From assembly GCA_002811645.1 (NCBI GenBank), contig PDIP01000033.1:124001-188000 (forward strand): DNA of 64,000 bases, given 5' to 3'. The position numbers were made by a program, and so were the translations under genes. Each line of letters starts with the position of its first letter. Within the stretch, counting starts at the first letter, position 1. This document shows, piece by piece, positions 33,095 to 44,355 of this stretch. Source of the stretch: Corallochytrium limacisporum Hawaii (lineage: Eukaryota; Protista; Pluriformea). A model generated the notes under the pieces. It searched no databases, was not told the DNA's origin, and saw only the letters and a program-made list of their open reading frames with translations.

Positions 33095-36000
33095 TCATGC
33101 AGTCTCCTCAACCTCGTCGACATCCATGGTCTCCCCATCGTCGTTCTCAGCTGCCACTTCTGTGTCCGCTGCACCATTGGTCACACCGTTGCGTCTGTTT
33201 TTCTTCGGTTGCGGCTTTGGGAATTTCCCGTCCAGGGCCGTGAGGCGGGTGAAGAGCTGACGGAAGCGGGAACGGAGAGGCATGTCAGCTTCCTTGTTGC
33301 TACGACCCTCAGCGATGCGGATCAGTTCCTTAAGCTGGATCTGAACAGCTTTTGGGAACGTTTGTTCAATGCTCGGCTGTCGCAAGTTCAAGAAGTCATC
33401 AAGACGCGCTATGGATTGCTGACGAACGGCCAAGTGCTTCTGGTCGTAGAGGAAAGGTTGGATCCAGTCCAGGACTGAGGCATCAACCTCTGGCCAGAAG
33501 GCGGCCTCCGGTACCTGTGTCAAGAGCAGGCCAAACGATTCAAGCAGGGCTAGCTTCACATTCCAGGTGGCGTGCGTTTGGGCCTTTTGCAAAAGTTCGA
33601 AGATCAGTGTGTAGTCAGAGGGAGCATCTTCACCCTTCGCATGGATCCAACACAGAGTCATAGTCTTGAAATAAACTGCCTCAAAGGCCAGCAAATGGGG
33701 CATACTGACGTCATCAAGATCTTTGAGATCCTTAATCTTCTTCCTCTTCACATCTTTCTCACCGTCCTTCTTTTCGTTTGTGTCCTTGACTTTTGTGGCG
33801 TCGTCGGAGCTGGCGGTTTCCTTAATCCCAGACTTTCTACTAACACCGTCCATACTTTCTCCCTTTCCTTCATCCTCATCGTCCTCATCTTCAATCTTCC
33901 GTTCTTCACCGAACAGTTCCGCAAGGTGTTCCTCACGATCCGCTTGCAATTGTACTTTGACGACGTCCCACAGGTCCCAATGCAATTTGTCGACGACATC
34001 GTAAAGCCCTTGATAAGCAATTCGCTTGAATTGAAGATCCTTGCGTGCGGCACTCTGCAAAAGGACCTCGATGACCACATCGCGGTGAGACTGTACAACT
34101 GGGCTCTGTGGGCGACTCTTCACTGTAGAACTCAAGGCCCGCAGCAGGGATTCCTTGCCCGGCCAAATCCGACCCTTGATGTTGGCCTTGACCGCAAACA
34201 TGATCTTCTCCAAATCCTGGTCAGAAATTTCTAGGTTGTCCAGTCCAGCCAACTCCTCTACAGCCATAGCACCTTGCTTCTTGCGCGGCCAGGAGCTTGA
34301 TTCAAGGGTTTCTAGCAGAAGGCTGATGATCGTAGTCAGGGATCCGGCAACTGCTGAGCTGACGCCGGGCATAGTCTCGTTCCATGCCTCCTTGTACAAT
34401 TTGCTGATCGTCTCATCTGCGTGGTGGCGACCAATGTACATGACCGGTGTTACATCTTCCCGAGAGTTTCTCACTAAATCTCCTGCTCCATTAGCCAACT
34501 CCTTGAAAAAATATGCAATCGCGACTTCGGTTTCTCTGGTGACGTCGGCCTTCAGCACGGCATCACACAGCTTCTTGATGGTCTCCTCGGCCTTGAAGTC
34601 ATCCAAAGAGTCCAGCACACTCACCAAAACGTTGGCGTAGGTCTTGCGCACAGTCATATTGCGATCGTTAAGTAAACCGGCGGTGAGCACAGCCCTTGTC
34701 TTTCCGGCATTTTCCTTGAACATGTGGTGATCCTTGGTGATGATGCGACTGATGGCGTTGGCTCCGGCGACCTTAGTGTTCATTCCAGGACTCACCCGGA
34801 TGACACTGTTAATGGCTGCAATGACATCCTTGCAATTGTCCTTGTTGACCGTGCGCAGGGCATAATCAATTATTTCGTTTAAGGGACTTACACGACTTCC
34901 GGCTACCCTAGCAGCATCCAGCTGTTCCTGGGTCACACCCAGTTTCTCCGTGTGGAACGAGGCATAGTTCAATTGTGCAGGCTCCAAAGAAGTGAGCAGT
35001 TCCAGGACTTTCGGAATGATAGAAGCAAGATGGTTGGACAGAGCTCTGCCACCTAACTTGCATATGTCCAGCAACAGCTTGATGGATGTCACCTTTACCT
35101 CCGTGCTAGAGTTTGTTATCCCACGCTCCAACAGGATTCTGATTACGATTTCAAGACACTCGCTTGCCTTTTCAGAGTATGTTGCGTCACAAAGTCGTAC
35201 ACACATATTGCGGAAGGACTTTGCTGCAGTCTCCGCTGCCTTGCGAACGGATTCTTTCATGTCGTCCATCACTCGGAAAAGAGCAATCCAGAAGTCTTCA
35301 AGAGTGTCCAGCACTTCACTACCGGTGCGGCCCATGAACAGGTCTGGCACGGCATTGCACGACGCTTCGCGTACTCGCCACTGTCCGGACTCGAGTCCAC
35401 CTAGTACTTCAAACATGATGCGACGGAAATACTTGTCCATGGTCTTAGCCGGATCCTTCACCACCTTCTTCCACATATTTCGCATGGACATAGCTACGTT
35501 CGTGTCAGGATCAAACTTGTAGCGGTACAGTTTGGGAACTAAAGTCGGAAGCATAGCCTCCAGGTCGGCTGCGCTCACATTGGCAATGTTTGCAAGACCT
35601 GTAGCAGCACCCATACGGCTGGACCATTGTGACTGATGGGAGCTGAGTGCCATAAACTTGTAAATCAGATCAGGTTGATTCATGTCTGAGGCCAAGGAGC
35701 ACAGCTCTTTGTAAGTAGACAAATTTCCGCCATCGGGTTGCTTACCAAGCTCATTTTTTCCAAAGACCGGCGTATCTGCATTAATTATTTGACTAGGAGC
35801 CTTACCATTGAGGAGAATCTCCTTCAGATCGTCTACAAGGTTATTGCGGATCTTCACATCATCTCTGCACATATCAAACAAAATTGCAATGCCCGACGAT
35901 GCCGTCTCGTTCAGACTTTCATCCTTCTCGACCAAAAGGGAACAGAATCCAGCCTGGATCTCTCGTGCTCTGTGCAGAACCATCTGGCGGGATGCCTCCA

Positions 36001-38764
36001 CATCTCCAGCGAAGCTTACAAGTGACATCAACCAATACCCAGCTGAACGACGCTGAACCGCACTGCTCCCTGTAATCATTCCCTGGAATGTAGCAGTGAA
36101 CTTGTGGAACACTTCTGTATCAGCCTCACCCAACGCATCTGCCACTGCGTCAAGAGGCTTCACGTCCGCAAAAAGTTTCCGAATATCAGGATAAACTTGT
36201 CCATGACATCTATACAGCAGCGCACAAATGGCTTCTCCTCCACTTTGCATCAATTCGTCATTCTTTTGCTTTGCCAATGTGACCATGTAGTTCAATGCCA
36301 CTGTCCTGTTGGGATTGTCAAGTCTGAAAAATCCAACAGAACCTACAGCTTTGATGGCCTGCTTCACAACTTCATGGTTGGGGTGGTTACGGTACTTGCC
36401 AACGGTGGAAAGCAAACCGCTCATGTCTATCTTGGTCTCGCCGATGTTGCGTTCGCTGGTTATGTACCGAGCCGCTAATCCAGAGGCCAAAAGGTAACAC
36501 ATAGCCTCCAAGCACACAATGAGATACTTGTCCGCGGTATGTTCGATGTCAATTTGTATGCTCTGCTGAATGATGAAGGCAACCACATCCAAGACCGCTT
36601 TGTCTGCTGGATCCACTCCTTGTAAAGCGACAATGCGAGATGCCAGCATGGAGCAGCAGATTACCAATCCAAAAAGTTCCTCTCCCATACGCGCCTTTAC
36701 CATTCGCTCAGATAGATCTGTAAAGAGACTCCAAGTGTCCTCTTTCGGCAGCTGAGTTGCGATGATCGCAATTAATCGACTTGATGCATTTCTCACTGTT
36801 AGATCCGTGGAAGATATGAAAGAAATCAACCATTTCAAGTCCTTGCCATACCGGGAGGTGGCAATTCCGGGCTGGTGGCAGACCATACTTTCGATACCCT
36901 GTAAGGCACCGAAGATAGCATCATAGCGTACCATTGAACTGCACACTTCTTCAAGCATCATCAAATAGCGATCTGTGGCCTCCTTTGGAATATTCTTTCC
37001 TGACTCGAATCCAAGCTCCATTAGGTGATTGGCATAACGTAGAAAGGCTGAGTAGGTTCCAAAATGCATGTACACCACAGCACCCTTGTCGGTGACCAGG
37101 AACTCATTCTTAGTTTTTCTTTCCGCCATCAGATCTGACATGAATCCAACCATAGCTTCAAACTTTGGGTGACGCTTATTCACATCCCATTCATCATAAG
37201 GCTTGAACTTGGTCTTAGGTTTCAATCCCAGCGCCTTCGCTCCTGCAGCCTGTACGTCGTCTGCATCGTCTCCAAGCGCTCGTAAACACAGGAGCCGAAA
37301 CGTCCGCGACTCGCCGTCAAAAATGACATCTGCAACTTGAACGGCCATGATCCGTGAGATGATTCGATTGTCATCCATGTACGCCTCCAACAAATCATAA
37401 ATGTCACCAGTCTCGCCCTTTGGTTTAGCAAGCTTTCTCACAGCATTTGCAACATTCAAGAGGCATTGCTGTGCGTTTTGGCGGAGTTCAAGATTCGTGA
37501 AGGTGAGATCACTGAAGAGGGTCTTGAGGACATCAAAATTGTGACTAAAGAGCTCAGGTGACCGATCACACAATGTAGACAACACATTGTAAGCAATGGG
37601 CAATGCATTTTTGACCTCGTGAGCCTCCACCCGTTGCTTCAGCGTTTCCATCTTCTTCAAAATACCGTTCAACAGTACCACTGCAATCTTGCGATACATG
37701 GCTTCCTCACACAACTGACAAACTACCCAGAAAAAACTCAAGGCCGACTTATGCATTCTAGCGTTTTCGTCATTCACGCCATCAAACGCAATACGCAACC
37801 AATCCGGAAAAAATTCGTCACGAGCTACTATCTTGCTCTTGCTCAAAGTTGCCAGGAAGGAGGCCTTCACCTTCATGTTGATCGGTGAACGACGTTGGTC
37901 TTCCTCGATGTCATTCAGATCACGCTCTCCCAGGTACATTCTGTACATTCTTTTCACAATCCCCGCATCATTGTAAGGAAAGTCCAGCTTCTTAAGCGCA
38001 AAGTTAGCAGCCTCGTTGATCCGGTGGAAGCCATCCTCCTGTGCAAGCAAGAGAGGAATCACAACTTGCTCTCTCTTCAACATAGTCATTTCTAGGAAAG
38101 GTACTAACTCCATCTTGATCTCTCGCAATATGTCTGCTTTGGCTATTCCAGACTCCACCATAATATCATGCTTGAACTTGGATAGACCTGGAGGACAATC
38201 GCTTTCTCGATCGGACCAAGGAATCAGAACGAACGTGTCCTGGATGAATTCAAGGAAACACTGCAGTTGCTCGGCCTTGAGAAACTCTAAGGTCACCCTG
38301 TCGTTCTCATTGATCAAACTTCTTTTACGGTTCTTGGCCCAATCACCAAGCCAAGGACTAACAATGCATAGTAATCGATAATTCAATTCCAAATGGTCAG
38401 GTGATACGCAGCAAAGTAGTTTCGCAACCACAGGGTCCCGTTCTTCTGTGATACTTCGTTCAAGGGCCAGCTTAACATACATGAAGCTAAGCCGGTACAC
38501 GCTCGTGTTTCCGATATTGCGTAGCAGCAAATCACCCAGTGTTGAACCCGGCAGCTTTATCGACTCTGACGCCTTTATACGCTTCGAAAGCCGCTGCAGG
38601 ATCTCGATCGCCCTCTGCCTAACCTGCGGATACTGAGTTGTTGCAGACTTATGAATAACAGGGGCAAGGAATTTCTGGGTGACCTCCGAGAATGCCTCCT
38701 CATTGTCAGCCTTCAGGATGGACAGCAAGACCCGCTCAAGCAAGTCAAGCTCTGCCTCTGCCAT
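33095..38764 (-). CDS. ECM29: Proteasome adapter and scaffold protein ECM29
   Basis: 1889-aa HEAT-repeat protein; LSTYKELCSLASDMNQPDLIYKFM, LVPKLYRYKFDP, WRVREASC, RVMDDMKESVR, GRIWPGKE. Confidence 0.95.
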   Translation of the reverse strand: MAEAELDLLERVLLSILKADNEEAFSEVTQKFLAPVIHKSATTQYPQVRQRAIEILQRLSKRIKASESIKLPGSTLGDLLLRNIGNTSVYRLSFMYVKLALERSITEERDPVVAKLLCCVSPDHLELNYRLLCIVSPWLGDWAKNRKRSLINENDRVTLEFLKAEQLQCFLEFIQDTFVLIPWSDRESDCPPGLSKFKHDIMVESGIAKADILREIKMELVPFLEMTMLKREQVVIPLLLAQEDGFHRINEAANFALKKLDFPYNDAGIVKRMYRMYLGERDLNDIEEDQRRSPINMKVKASFLATLSKSKIVARDEFFPDWLRIAFDGVNDENARMHKSALSFFWVVCQLCEEAMYRKIAVVLLNGILKKMETLKQRVEAHEVKNALPIAYNVLSTLCDRSPELFSHNFDVLKTLFSDLTFTNLELRQNAQQCLLNVANAVRKLAKPKGETGDIYDLLEAYMDDNRIISRIMAVQVADVIFDGESRTFRLLCLRALGDDADDVQAAGAKALGLKPKTKFKPYDEWDVNKRHPKFEAMVGFMSDLMAERKTKNEFLVTDKGAVVYMHFGTYSAFLRYANHLMELGFESGKNIPKEATDRYLMMLEEVCSSMVRYDAIFGALQGIESMVCHQPGIATSRYGKDLKWLISFISSTDLTVRNASSRLIAIIATQLPKEDTWSLFTDLSERMVKARMGEELFGLVICCSMLASRIVALQGVDPADKAVLDVVAFIIQQSIQIDIEHTADKYLIVCLEAMCYLLASGLAARYITSERNIGETKIDMSGLLSTVGKYRNHPNHEVVKQAIKAVGSVGFFRLDNPNRTVALNYMVTLAKQKNDELMQSGGEAICALLYRCHGQVYPDIRKLFADVKPLDAVADALGEADTEVFHKFTATFQGMITGSSAVQRRSAGYWLMSLVSFAGDVEASRQMVLHRAREIQAGFCSLLVEKDESLNETASSGIAILFDMCRDDVKIRNNLVDDLKEILLNGKAPSQIINADTPVFGKNELGKQPDGGNLSTYKELCSLASDMNQPDLIYKFMALSSHQSQWSSRMGAATGLANIANVSAADLEAMLPTLVPKLYRYKFDPDTNVAMSMRNMWKKVVKDPAKTMDKYFRRIMFEVLGGLESGQWRVREASCNAVPDLFMGRTGSEVLDTLEDFWIALFRVMDDMKESVRKAAETAAKSFRNMCVRLCDATYSEKASECLEIVIRILLERGITNSSTEVKVTSIKLLLDICKLGGRALSNHLASIIPKVLELLTSLEPAQLNYASFHTEKLGVTQEQLDAARVAGSRVSPLNEIIDYALRTVNKDNCKDVIAAINSVIRVSPGMNTKVAGANAISRIITKDHHMFKENAGKTRAVLTAGLLNDRNMTVRKTYANVLVSVLDSLDDFKAEETIKKLCDAVLKADVTRETEVAIAYFFKELANGAGDLVRNSREDVTPVMYIGRHHADETISKLYKEAWNETMPGVSSAVAGSLTTIISLLLETLESSSWPRKKQGAMAVEELAGLDNLEISDQDLEKIMFAVKANIKGRIWPGKESLLRALSSTVKSRPQSPVVQSHRDVVIEVLLQSAARKDLQFKRIAYQGLYDVVDKLHWDLWDVVKVQLQADREEHLAELFGEERKIEDEDDEDEGKGESMDGVSRKSGIKETASSDDATKVKDTNEKKDGEKDVKRKKIKDLKDLDDVSMPHLLAFEAVYFKTMTLCWIHAKGEDAPSDYTLIFELLQKAQTHATWNVKLALLESFGLLLTQVPEAAFWPEVDASVLDWIQPFLYDQKHLAVRQQSIARLDDFLNLRQPSIEQTFPKAVQIQLKELIRIAEGRSNKEADMPLRSRFRQLFTRLTALDGKFPKPQPKKNRRNGVTNGAADTEVAAENDDGETMDVDEVEETA

Positions 38765-39467
38765 ATCTGTGTTTGCGGGTGATCAGCAATTTTGATCCCA
38801 GAATGGTCACTTCTGAAGCATTAATCACAGCAATCGCTAGTTTTCCTGTCTATTACATAAACTGCTAGCTTCCTCCTTACATTCTTTTCTTTGTCATAAA
38901 TAGTCTGGATCCAGAGCCTTGCGTGCGAATGGAGGCTGCGTCCGAACACGCCTACGAACCGTTGGCTTCGAAGTACCCCACTGCATCCACGTCACACCCC
39001 CCCCCCCTTCCGGAACAGAGCGTAGAGCTCGATCGAATATCCTCCCCCTGGAACCCGGTCCAGCTTTCCCCATGGGCCCCTCCTTCCCTCCCTTCGCTCG
39101 TCGCTATCGAAAAACGTCGACGATCTGTGCAGGCAGAAGATTACTGGATCCGTGGCGGCGTCATCTCCACCTCACACTGGGGTGCGCAGGGAATCCTTCT
39201 ACGTTAGTGGCCATGTTCCTCGCTCTGGCGCTGCATTTTGCCATCGATTCTGATGGCGATACGAGAAAAGAGTGAAGCCAAAGAGCTATGAAATGATGAA
39301 CGGTGCGGTGCAAAGCAAGTAGTGGGAGTGAGTGTCAAAATGCAGCCCGTAGGGAACCCACGACGCAAACATCTGAGTGCACCAATATGAGACGTTTTGA
39401 CGCTCCTGTTCAATGGGATTAAGCATGTGAAATAGGCTTACTTCAGGAAGTAGTGTCTGTGGCATCG

Positions 39468-42400
39468 ATGAGAATGGCGCCAAGCATATCCGAACTAGCG
39501 AGGCGGTTCACAGAGCCTCTGTGTACGGAGGATTTCGATAGGTCGTCCCTGGACACCAGTGAGTATCGCTACCTTGTCCTTGAAAATGGGCTTCGAGTGA
39601 TGATGATTCAATACTTTCCACGGGAACAGAAAGGCGGAGTTGCGAATTTAAATGACTCAAAGAGAAAGTCCAGATCTGCACAGGACTTAGTGGAAGACCT
39701 GAGAAAAGTAAATGAAGAGCATGTGGAGGTAGAACCCGAGGAGGACCACTCCTTGGACTCGGGTGAGGATGAGGATGAAGTCGAAGGATCCAAAGAGAAG
39801 GAGACCATGCTCAGCGCGGCAGCTTTATGTGTAGCAGTGGGTTCCTTCTGTGATCCTCCTAATGTCGAAGGACTAGCGCATCTGCTCGAGCATATGATTT
39901 TTATGGGCTCAAAGAAGTATCCGGAGCAGAACGCGTTGGACACGTTTTTGGCCAAATCCGGAGGATCAACTAACGCATCTACCGATGTAGAAACCACTGT
40001 GTACCAATTTGAGGCAAACGAAGACTCTTTTTCAAAGGCCCTGGATATTTTTGCACATTTCTTTGTATCCCCGTTGTTAAAGAAAGAGTGCCTAGAAACC
40101 GAGGCTGATGTAGTGGACAGTGAGTTTCACATGAGTGGGCAGCGAGATTGGAACCGGATTACTCAGATCATGTGTCACGAATCGCGGATAAATCATCCGT
40201 ACCACAAATTCAGCTGGGGGTCTTTGGAATCTCTGATAACAAAGCCAAAGGAAGTGGGCATTGACGTCCTGGAGGAACTTAGGGAGTTTCATCGAAAGTA
40301 CTATGTGGCGCACCTGATGACCTTGTGCACAATGAGCACCCTTTCTCTCGATGAGCAAGAGCAGATGGTCCGCACATATTTCAAGGATTTGCCTGTTCAA
40401 GAGGATCCTGTGTCAAGACCCCATTTTGAGCAGCTTGGGTTGCCGTTCGATGAGGCTGACCTGTCGAAGGTGACATACTACCAACCAGTTAAAGAACGAG
40501 TAGTGGTCGAGCTATCCTGGTTCTTCCCTACGGATATCTCTAGATACAAATCAAAGCCTCTCAGCTATATCAGTGGTTTGATTGGTCATGAGGGTCGTGG
40601 ATCCATCTTTTCCACCCTCAGACACCAAGGTAAGAACCTCATTGTGGCCTTAGCAGCGGGATGCACCTGTGCAGCCTACGACATGAATTCCGCGTGCACC
40701 GCGTTTTCGATCAACGTCGATTTGTCCAAGGAAGGTCTGAAGAATTTGGACGAGGTGATCGGTGCCATTTTTGAGTACATTGACATGCTGCGGGAACCGG
40801 ATTGCCCTCATTATCGGCTGTGGAGTGAGCAGAGGACCCTGGCTGATTTGGCATTCCAGTTCAGTGACAGAGAGGAAGCGATCGACACAGCCGAAGTTAT
40901 TTGTGAAGATTTGCTCACCTACGAACCAGCACACATCCTGAGTGGATCTTGGCGCTACTTCGAGTACCGAGAGGACCACATTCGGGAGATCCTAAATTTC
41001 TTAACCTATGACAAGGTGCGGATTGTGATTGCGGCCAAAGATGTCTGCAATGATGATACCAACTCACTTCTTGAACCTCACTTTGGAGCTCGCTACAGCA
41101 TGGAGGCGAAACCGGGACAGTGCCCCAAGAATGAAAGTGCTCGGAATCTAATGCATCTGCCAACACCAAACATTTACATTCCAGACGATATATCTTTGTT
41201 AAATGACGAGCCGGGGACCGCTTATAAGGAACCAAAAGTCGTTGTGAACGAACCGAAGGGAGTGCTGTGGTATTTGTTTGATGCCGATTTCAATGTTCCC
41301 CGTGCCTCTTGCTCATTTGCGTTCTTCTCGCCATCAGTCCACAATGACATAAGGCTACGACTGTCGTGTGAGATCTTCGTTAACATTCTAGACCACACTC
41401 TGCGCGATGACAGTTATGCAGCCGGCCTGGCAGAACTGAACTATGAGCTACAGGCGTTCCATCTTGGCTTTGGCTTCAAGGTCCAGGGTTTCAATGACAA
41501 GATGCATATTTTGATTAGCAACATTCTGGATTGTGCAGTGAACTTCGACGGCATGAGGGGAATCTATGACCTTGTTCTCGAAAATCTTCAGCGTGCTTAT
41601 CGTAATGCGCCGATGGTTCCCCGTGAATTGTTGCGATCCATCAGACTGGGGCTTCTGCAGGAGGTGAAGTTCACTCACGAAGAGATGCTGCAGACTTTAA
41701 CGGAAATGAGATTCCTGGATTTCGTGGAAAACATGAAGAAGATCATGTCGCAAATGTACTGCGAGGGATTCATCATCGGAAATTGTCGCAAGGCACAAGC
41801 CATCAGCATTTACAAGATGCTGCAGCGTTTGCGCTATGATCCCACAGATGTAATGGAACTGCCGCAACAACGAGTACGTCTTATTGCTCCAGGAAAGGAT
41901 TTCCTAATTGTCCGCAAGAACCGCAATCCCGACGACAACAACACGTTCATCGACTGGTATTTCCAAATGGGTCAGGTCAGCATCGACACTCTGGCAAAGG
42001 CTGATCTGCTGGAAGTTATCATGGAAGAGCCTTGTTTCGACTACCTGCGCACTCAGGAACAGTTGGGATACATGGCCACGGCATACCATCGCTCGACGAA
42101 TCACATTGTCGGCTACAGTGTGCAGCTGAGCACACAAGCAACGAAATTCACACGTCAACATGCGGAGAACTGTATCCAGCGATTCCTGGACAAATTCATG
42201 CAGGAACTGGAGGGCATGGATACGGAGGATTTCAATCGCCAGAAAGAGTCTCTCGTCTTGCTTAAGCAGCACCCTGACCTCAAGCTACAGGACCGTTCTG
42301 TGAGACTGTGGTCTGAGATCCACGGAGGAGACTATGTCTTTGATCGCCAGGAGAAGGATGTCGCGGCTCTCTCTTGCATCACCAAACAGGACATTGTCGA

Positions 42401-42626
42401 CTTTTATCGTCAACACATTCACGATCCTGGCACTCGCCGACTTCTCCGTGTCATTGTCGAGGGTCACACCGAAGTGCCACCGTCCACAAAGCACTACGAA
42501 CCCCTTGATGGCCCACCCGCCACAATGATCGACGATATGGACACCTGGAAGCGTAAGCAAACCTTCTACCCTCCGCATGCCCAAGACTTTCCTGCAATCT
42601 ACGCCCGTCATGTGTACAATCTGTGA
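39468..42626 (+). CDS. NRDC: Nardilysin-like M16A metallopeptidase
   Basis: YRYLVLENGLRV, acidic insert before SAAALCVAVGSFCDP, inverted zinc motif GLAHLLEHMIFMGSKKYP, EEPCFDYLRTQEQLGY. Confidence 0.88.
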   Translation: MRMAPSISELARRFTEPLCTEDFDRSSLDTSEYRYLVLENGLRVMMIQYFPREQKGGVANLNDSKRKSRSAQDLVEDLRKVNEEHVEVEPEEDHSLDSGEDEDEVEGSKEKETMLSAAALCVAVGSFCDPPNVEGLAHLLEHMIFMGSKKYPEQNALDTFLAKSGGSTNASTDVETTVYQFEANEDSFSKALDIFAHFFVSPLLKKECLETEADVVDSEFHMSGQRDWNRITQIMCHESRINHPYHKFSWGSLESLITKPKEVGIDVLEELREFHRKYYVAHLMTLCTMSTLSLDEQEQMVRTYFKDLPVQEDPVSRPHFEQLGLPFDEADLSKVTYYQPVKERVVVELSWFFPTDISRYKSKPLSYISGLIGHEGRGSIFSTLRHQGKNLIVALAAGCTCAAYDMNSACTAFSINVDLSKEGLKNLDEVIGAIFEYIDMLREPDCPHYRLWSEQRTLADLAFQFSDREEAIDTAEVICEDLLTYEPAHILSGSWRYFEYREDHIREILNFLTYDKVRIVIAAKDVCNDDTNSLLEPHFGARYSMEAKPGQCPKNESARNLMHLPTPNIYIPDDISLLNDEPGTAYKEPKVVVNEPKGVLWYLFDADFNVPRASCSFAFFSPSVHNDIRLRLSCEIFVNILDHTLRDDSYAAGLAELNYELQAFHLGFGFKVQGFNDKMHILISNILDCAVNFDGMRGIYDLVLENLQRAYRNAPMVPRELLRSIRLGLLQEVKFTHEEMLQTLTEMRFLDFVENMKKIMSQMYCEGFIIGNCRKAQAISIYKMLQRLRYDPTDVMELPQQRVRLIAPGKDFLIVRKNRNPDDNNTFIDWYFQMGQVSIDTLAKADLLEVIMEEPCFDYLRTQEQLGYMATAYHRSTNHIVGYSVQLSTQATKFTRQHAENCIQRFLDKFMQELEGMDTEDFNRQKESLVLLKQHPDLKLQDRSVRLWSEIHGGDYVFDRQEKDVAALSCITKQDIVDFYRQHIHDPGTRRLLRVIVEGHTEVPPSTKHYEPLDGPPATMIDDMDTWKRKQTFYPPHAQDFPAIYARHVYNL

Positions 42627-43012
42627 GAACACAACTACTGCAGGAACAGCCATGGACGCGTAGCTGATAACAGTCACGTCCGTACCTCACAAACGGATGC
42701 GCAATAAACCTCTCTTTGAGAATTCCCGTAGCCCGTCACCTGCACTGCTCCCCCCTCCCGGAGGGAGAGGAACGAACGGCCTCTCGTTGTTGACGAGGCA
42801 GAGGGAAACCTTCCGCACTCCCCTTCCTTTCCTCGGGCCGAAGATAACTGCGCTGTACTGACCTCAAAAACCTCCTGGGGCCGAGGAGACCGCGGCAGAA
42901 GGAGAGGTACGAGAAACCCACTGGCCACTGGCCGTATGGGTTCCTGAATCGGAAAAGGGCACAAGGGATCCGACCAAAGAGCAAACTTCGAGTGCACACT
43001 GTCCCTATCACG

Positions 43013-43306
43013 ATGCGTGTCTTGTCTGGTAGAATGATAATCTTCGCCCTGGCTGGGTATGGTGCTGGCTACCTTCTGACTGGTCAGTCAACAGTGCGCC
43101 CAGGTGTGTCCCTCCTTACGGCGGCGTTGTTGGGTGGGTCCTTTGCCTACATCCAACACCGTGAAGACCGTCCGACTTTGCACATTGTCCTGGATGAGCA
43201 GGAGGAGAAGGAAGCTGCGGCCTACGGATACATTGTGGGCGTAGCTTCCGGGGTCGGCGTTGTCGCCATCATTAAGCAAATCTTCAAGGATGTCCTTGTG
43301 ATGTAG
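43013..43306 (+). CDS. Small (97 aa) protein with ~3 Gly-rich TM segments
   Basis: ATG ORF with host-like codon use, preceded by its own GC island and convergent with ELOC. Confidence 0.65.
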   Translation: MRVLSGRMIIFALAGYGAGYLLTGQSTVRPGVSLLTAALLGGSFAYIQHREDRPTLHIVLDEQEEKEAAAYGYIVGVASGVGVVAIIKQIFKDVLVM

Positions 43307-43364
43307 TCCATAAGCAAACATAACCATACACATATCCTTACCTTGTTCTTAACTATCTCTTTAT

Positions 43365-43786
43365 TTAGGCATCCAAAAAGTTGGAGGCCATGAGCAGCTC
43401 GATTGCCTGCTCATTCGGGATAGGGAAGTCTGGAATCTCCGTTGTTGAGTTAGCGTAACGAACCTTGTAGTAGAAGTACGTGCACACTTTCTCCAGAATG
43501 TGTGATGTGATCTCCCTGAACATAATCTCATTGCTTTCGTTCTCCGAGAATTGACCTGAAGAGAAAATAGAAATGGAAAAACAAGAATCCAATACCATGT
43601 TAGTATGCCCGTCCGTACGCACTGTTCCAAGAAACGGATAGATGAATACATACCTGGTCCACTCAACATAGACTTAATGGTACCGGAGACCATCGCACAC
43701 TCGCGCTTTACCACAAACTCATGACCATCAGAGCTGATCAACTTGACATACTCCACCTTGGGGACGTCCTGCCCACTGTCGGACAT
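43365..43786 (-). CDS. ELOC: Elongin C, two exons (43786-43654, 43555-43365), 107 aa
   Basis: [17 protein letters not shown]...[11 protein letters not shown]|GQFSENE...[11 protein letters not shown]...[10 protein letters not shown]. The 98-nt intron has a GTATGT donor, TACTAAC branch point and TTCAG acceptor, and splicing restores the frame. Confidence 0.97.
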
Positions 43787-44355
43787 GTTTCTGTGCTATG
43801 TCTCTATTCGGCGTAGCTTTCCCTGCTTTCCTCTTAAACAAAGGGTTGACTGTATCACTAATTTAGGTTAACTAATTGATAAGAATTTTCTGATCATCAA
43901 ATAGCTCTAAAGACACCCCACTTCAGATTGTCAAACATACACCCACACACGTTTGCGCCCACAAGCGAGCGGAAGGCGGCGCAACCTGGTCGCCCTGACG
44001 AAGCTTTGCCTCCCCCTCCCCTATCTCCCGGGGCCCCCTCTTTCCTTCAATCCTCCGCGGGACCGCATAGTCAACAAACGTGTTGTCGCTAATGGCCCAG
44101 GGGCCGACTTCTCCGAGCGGGGTGCCAAATTTCTGGGTGCGACCGGCGCGTTCTGTTGTCCTTCTGTGGGTTTGAGGGCACTCTTTTGGGTAGAAAAGGC
44201 AACGCTGCACTCTCCAAACGTAATGTGGAATGTGTTACGCAAGATTTAGGTACAGACAGTGAACAACTCAGCTGAAAGAGATTCGAGTATGGAACCGGTG
44301 ACGAGTTTTGGGTGACAACAGACCGCGACGGAGTACACGTTAATCTCAGCACAGT

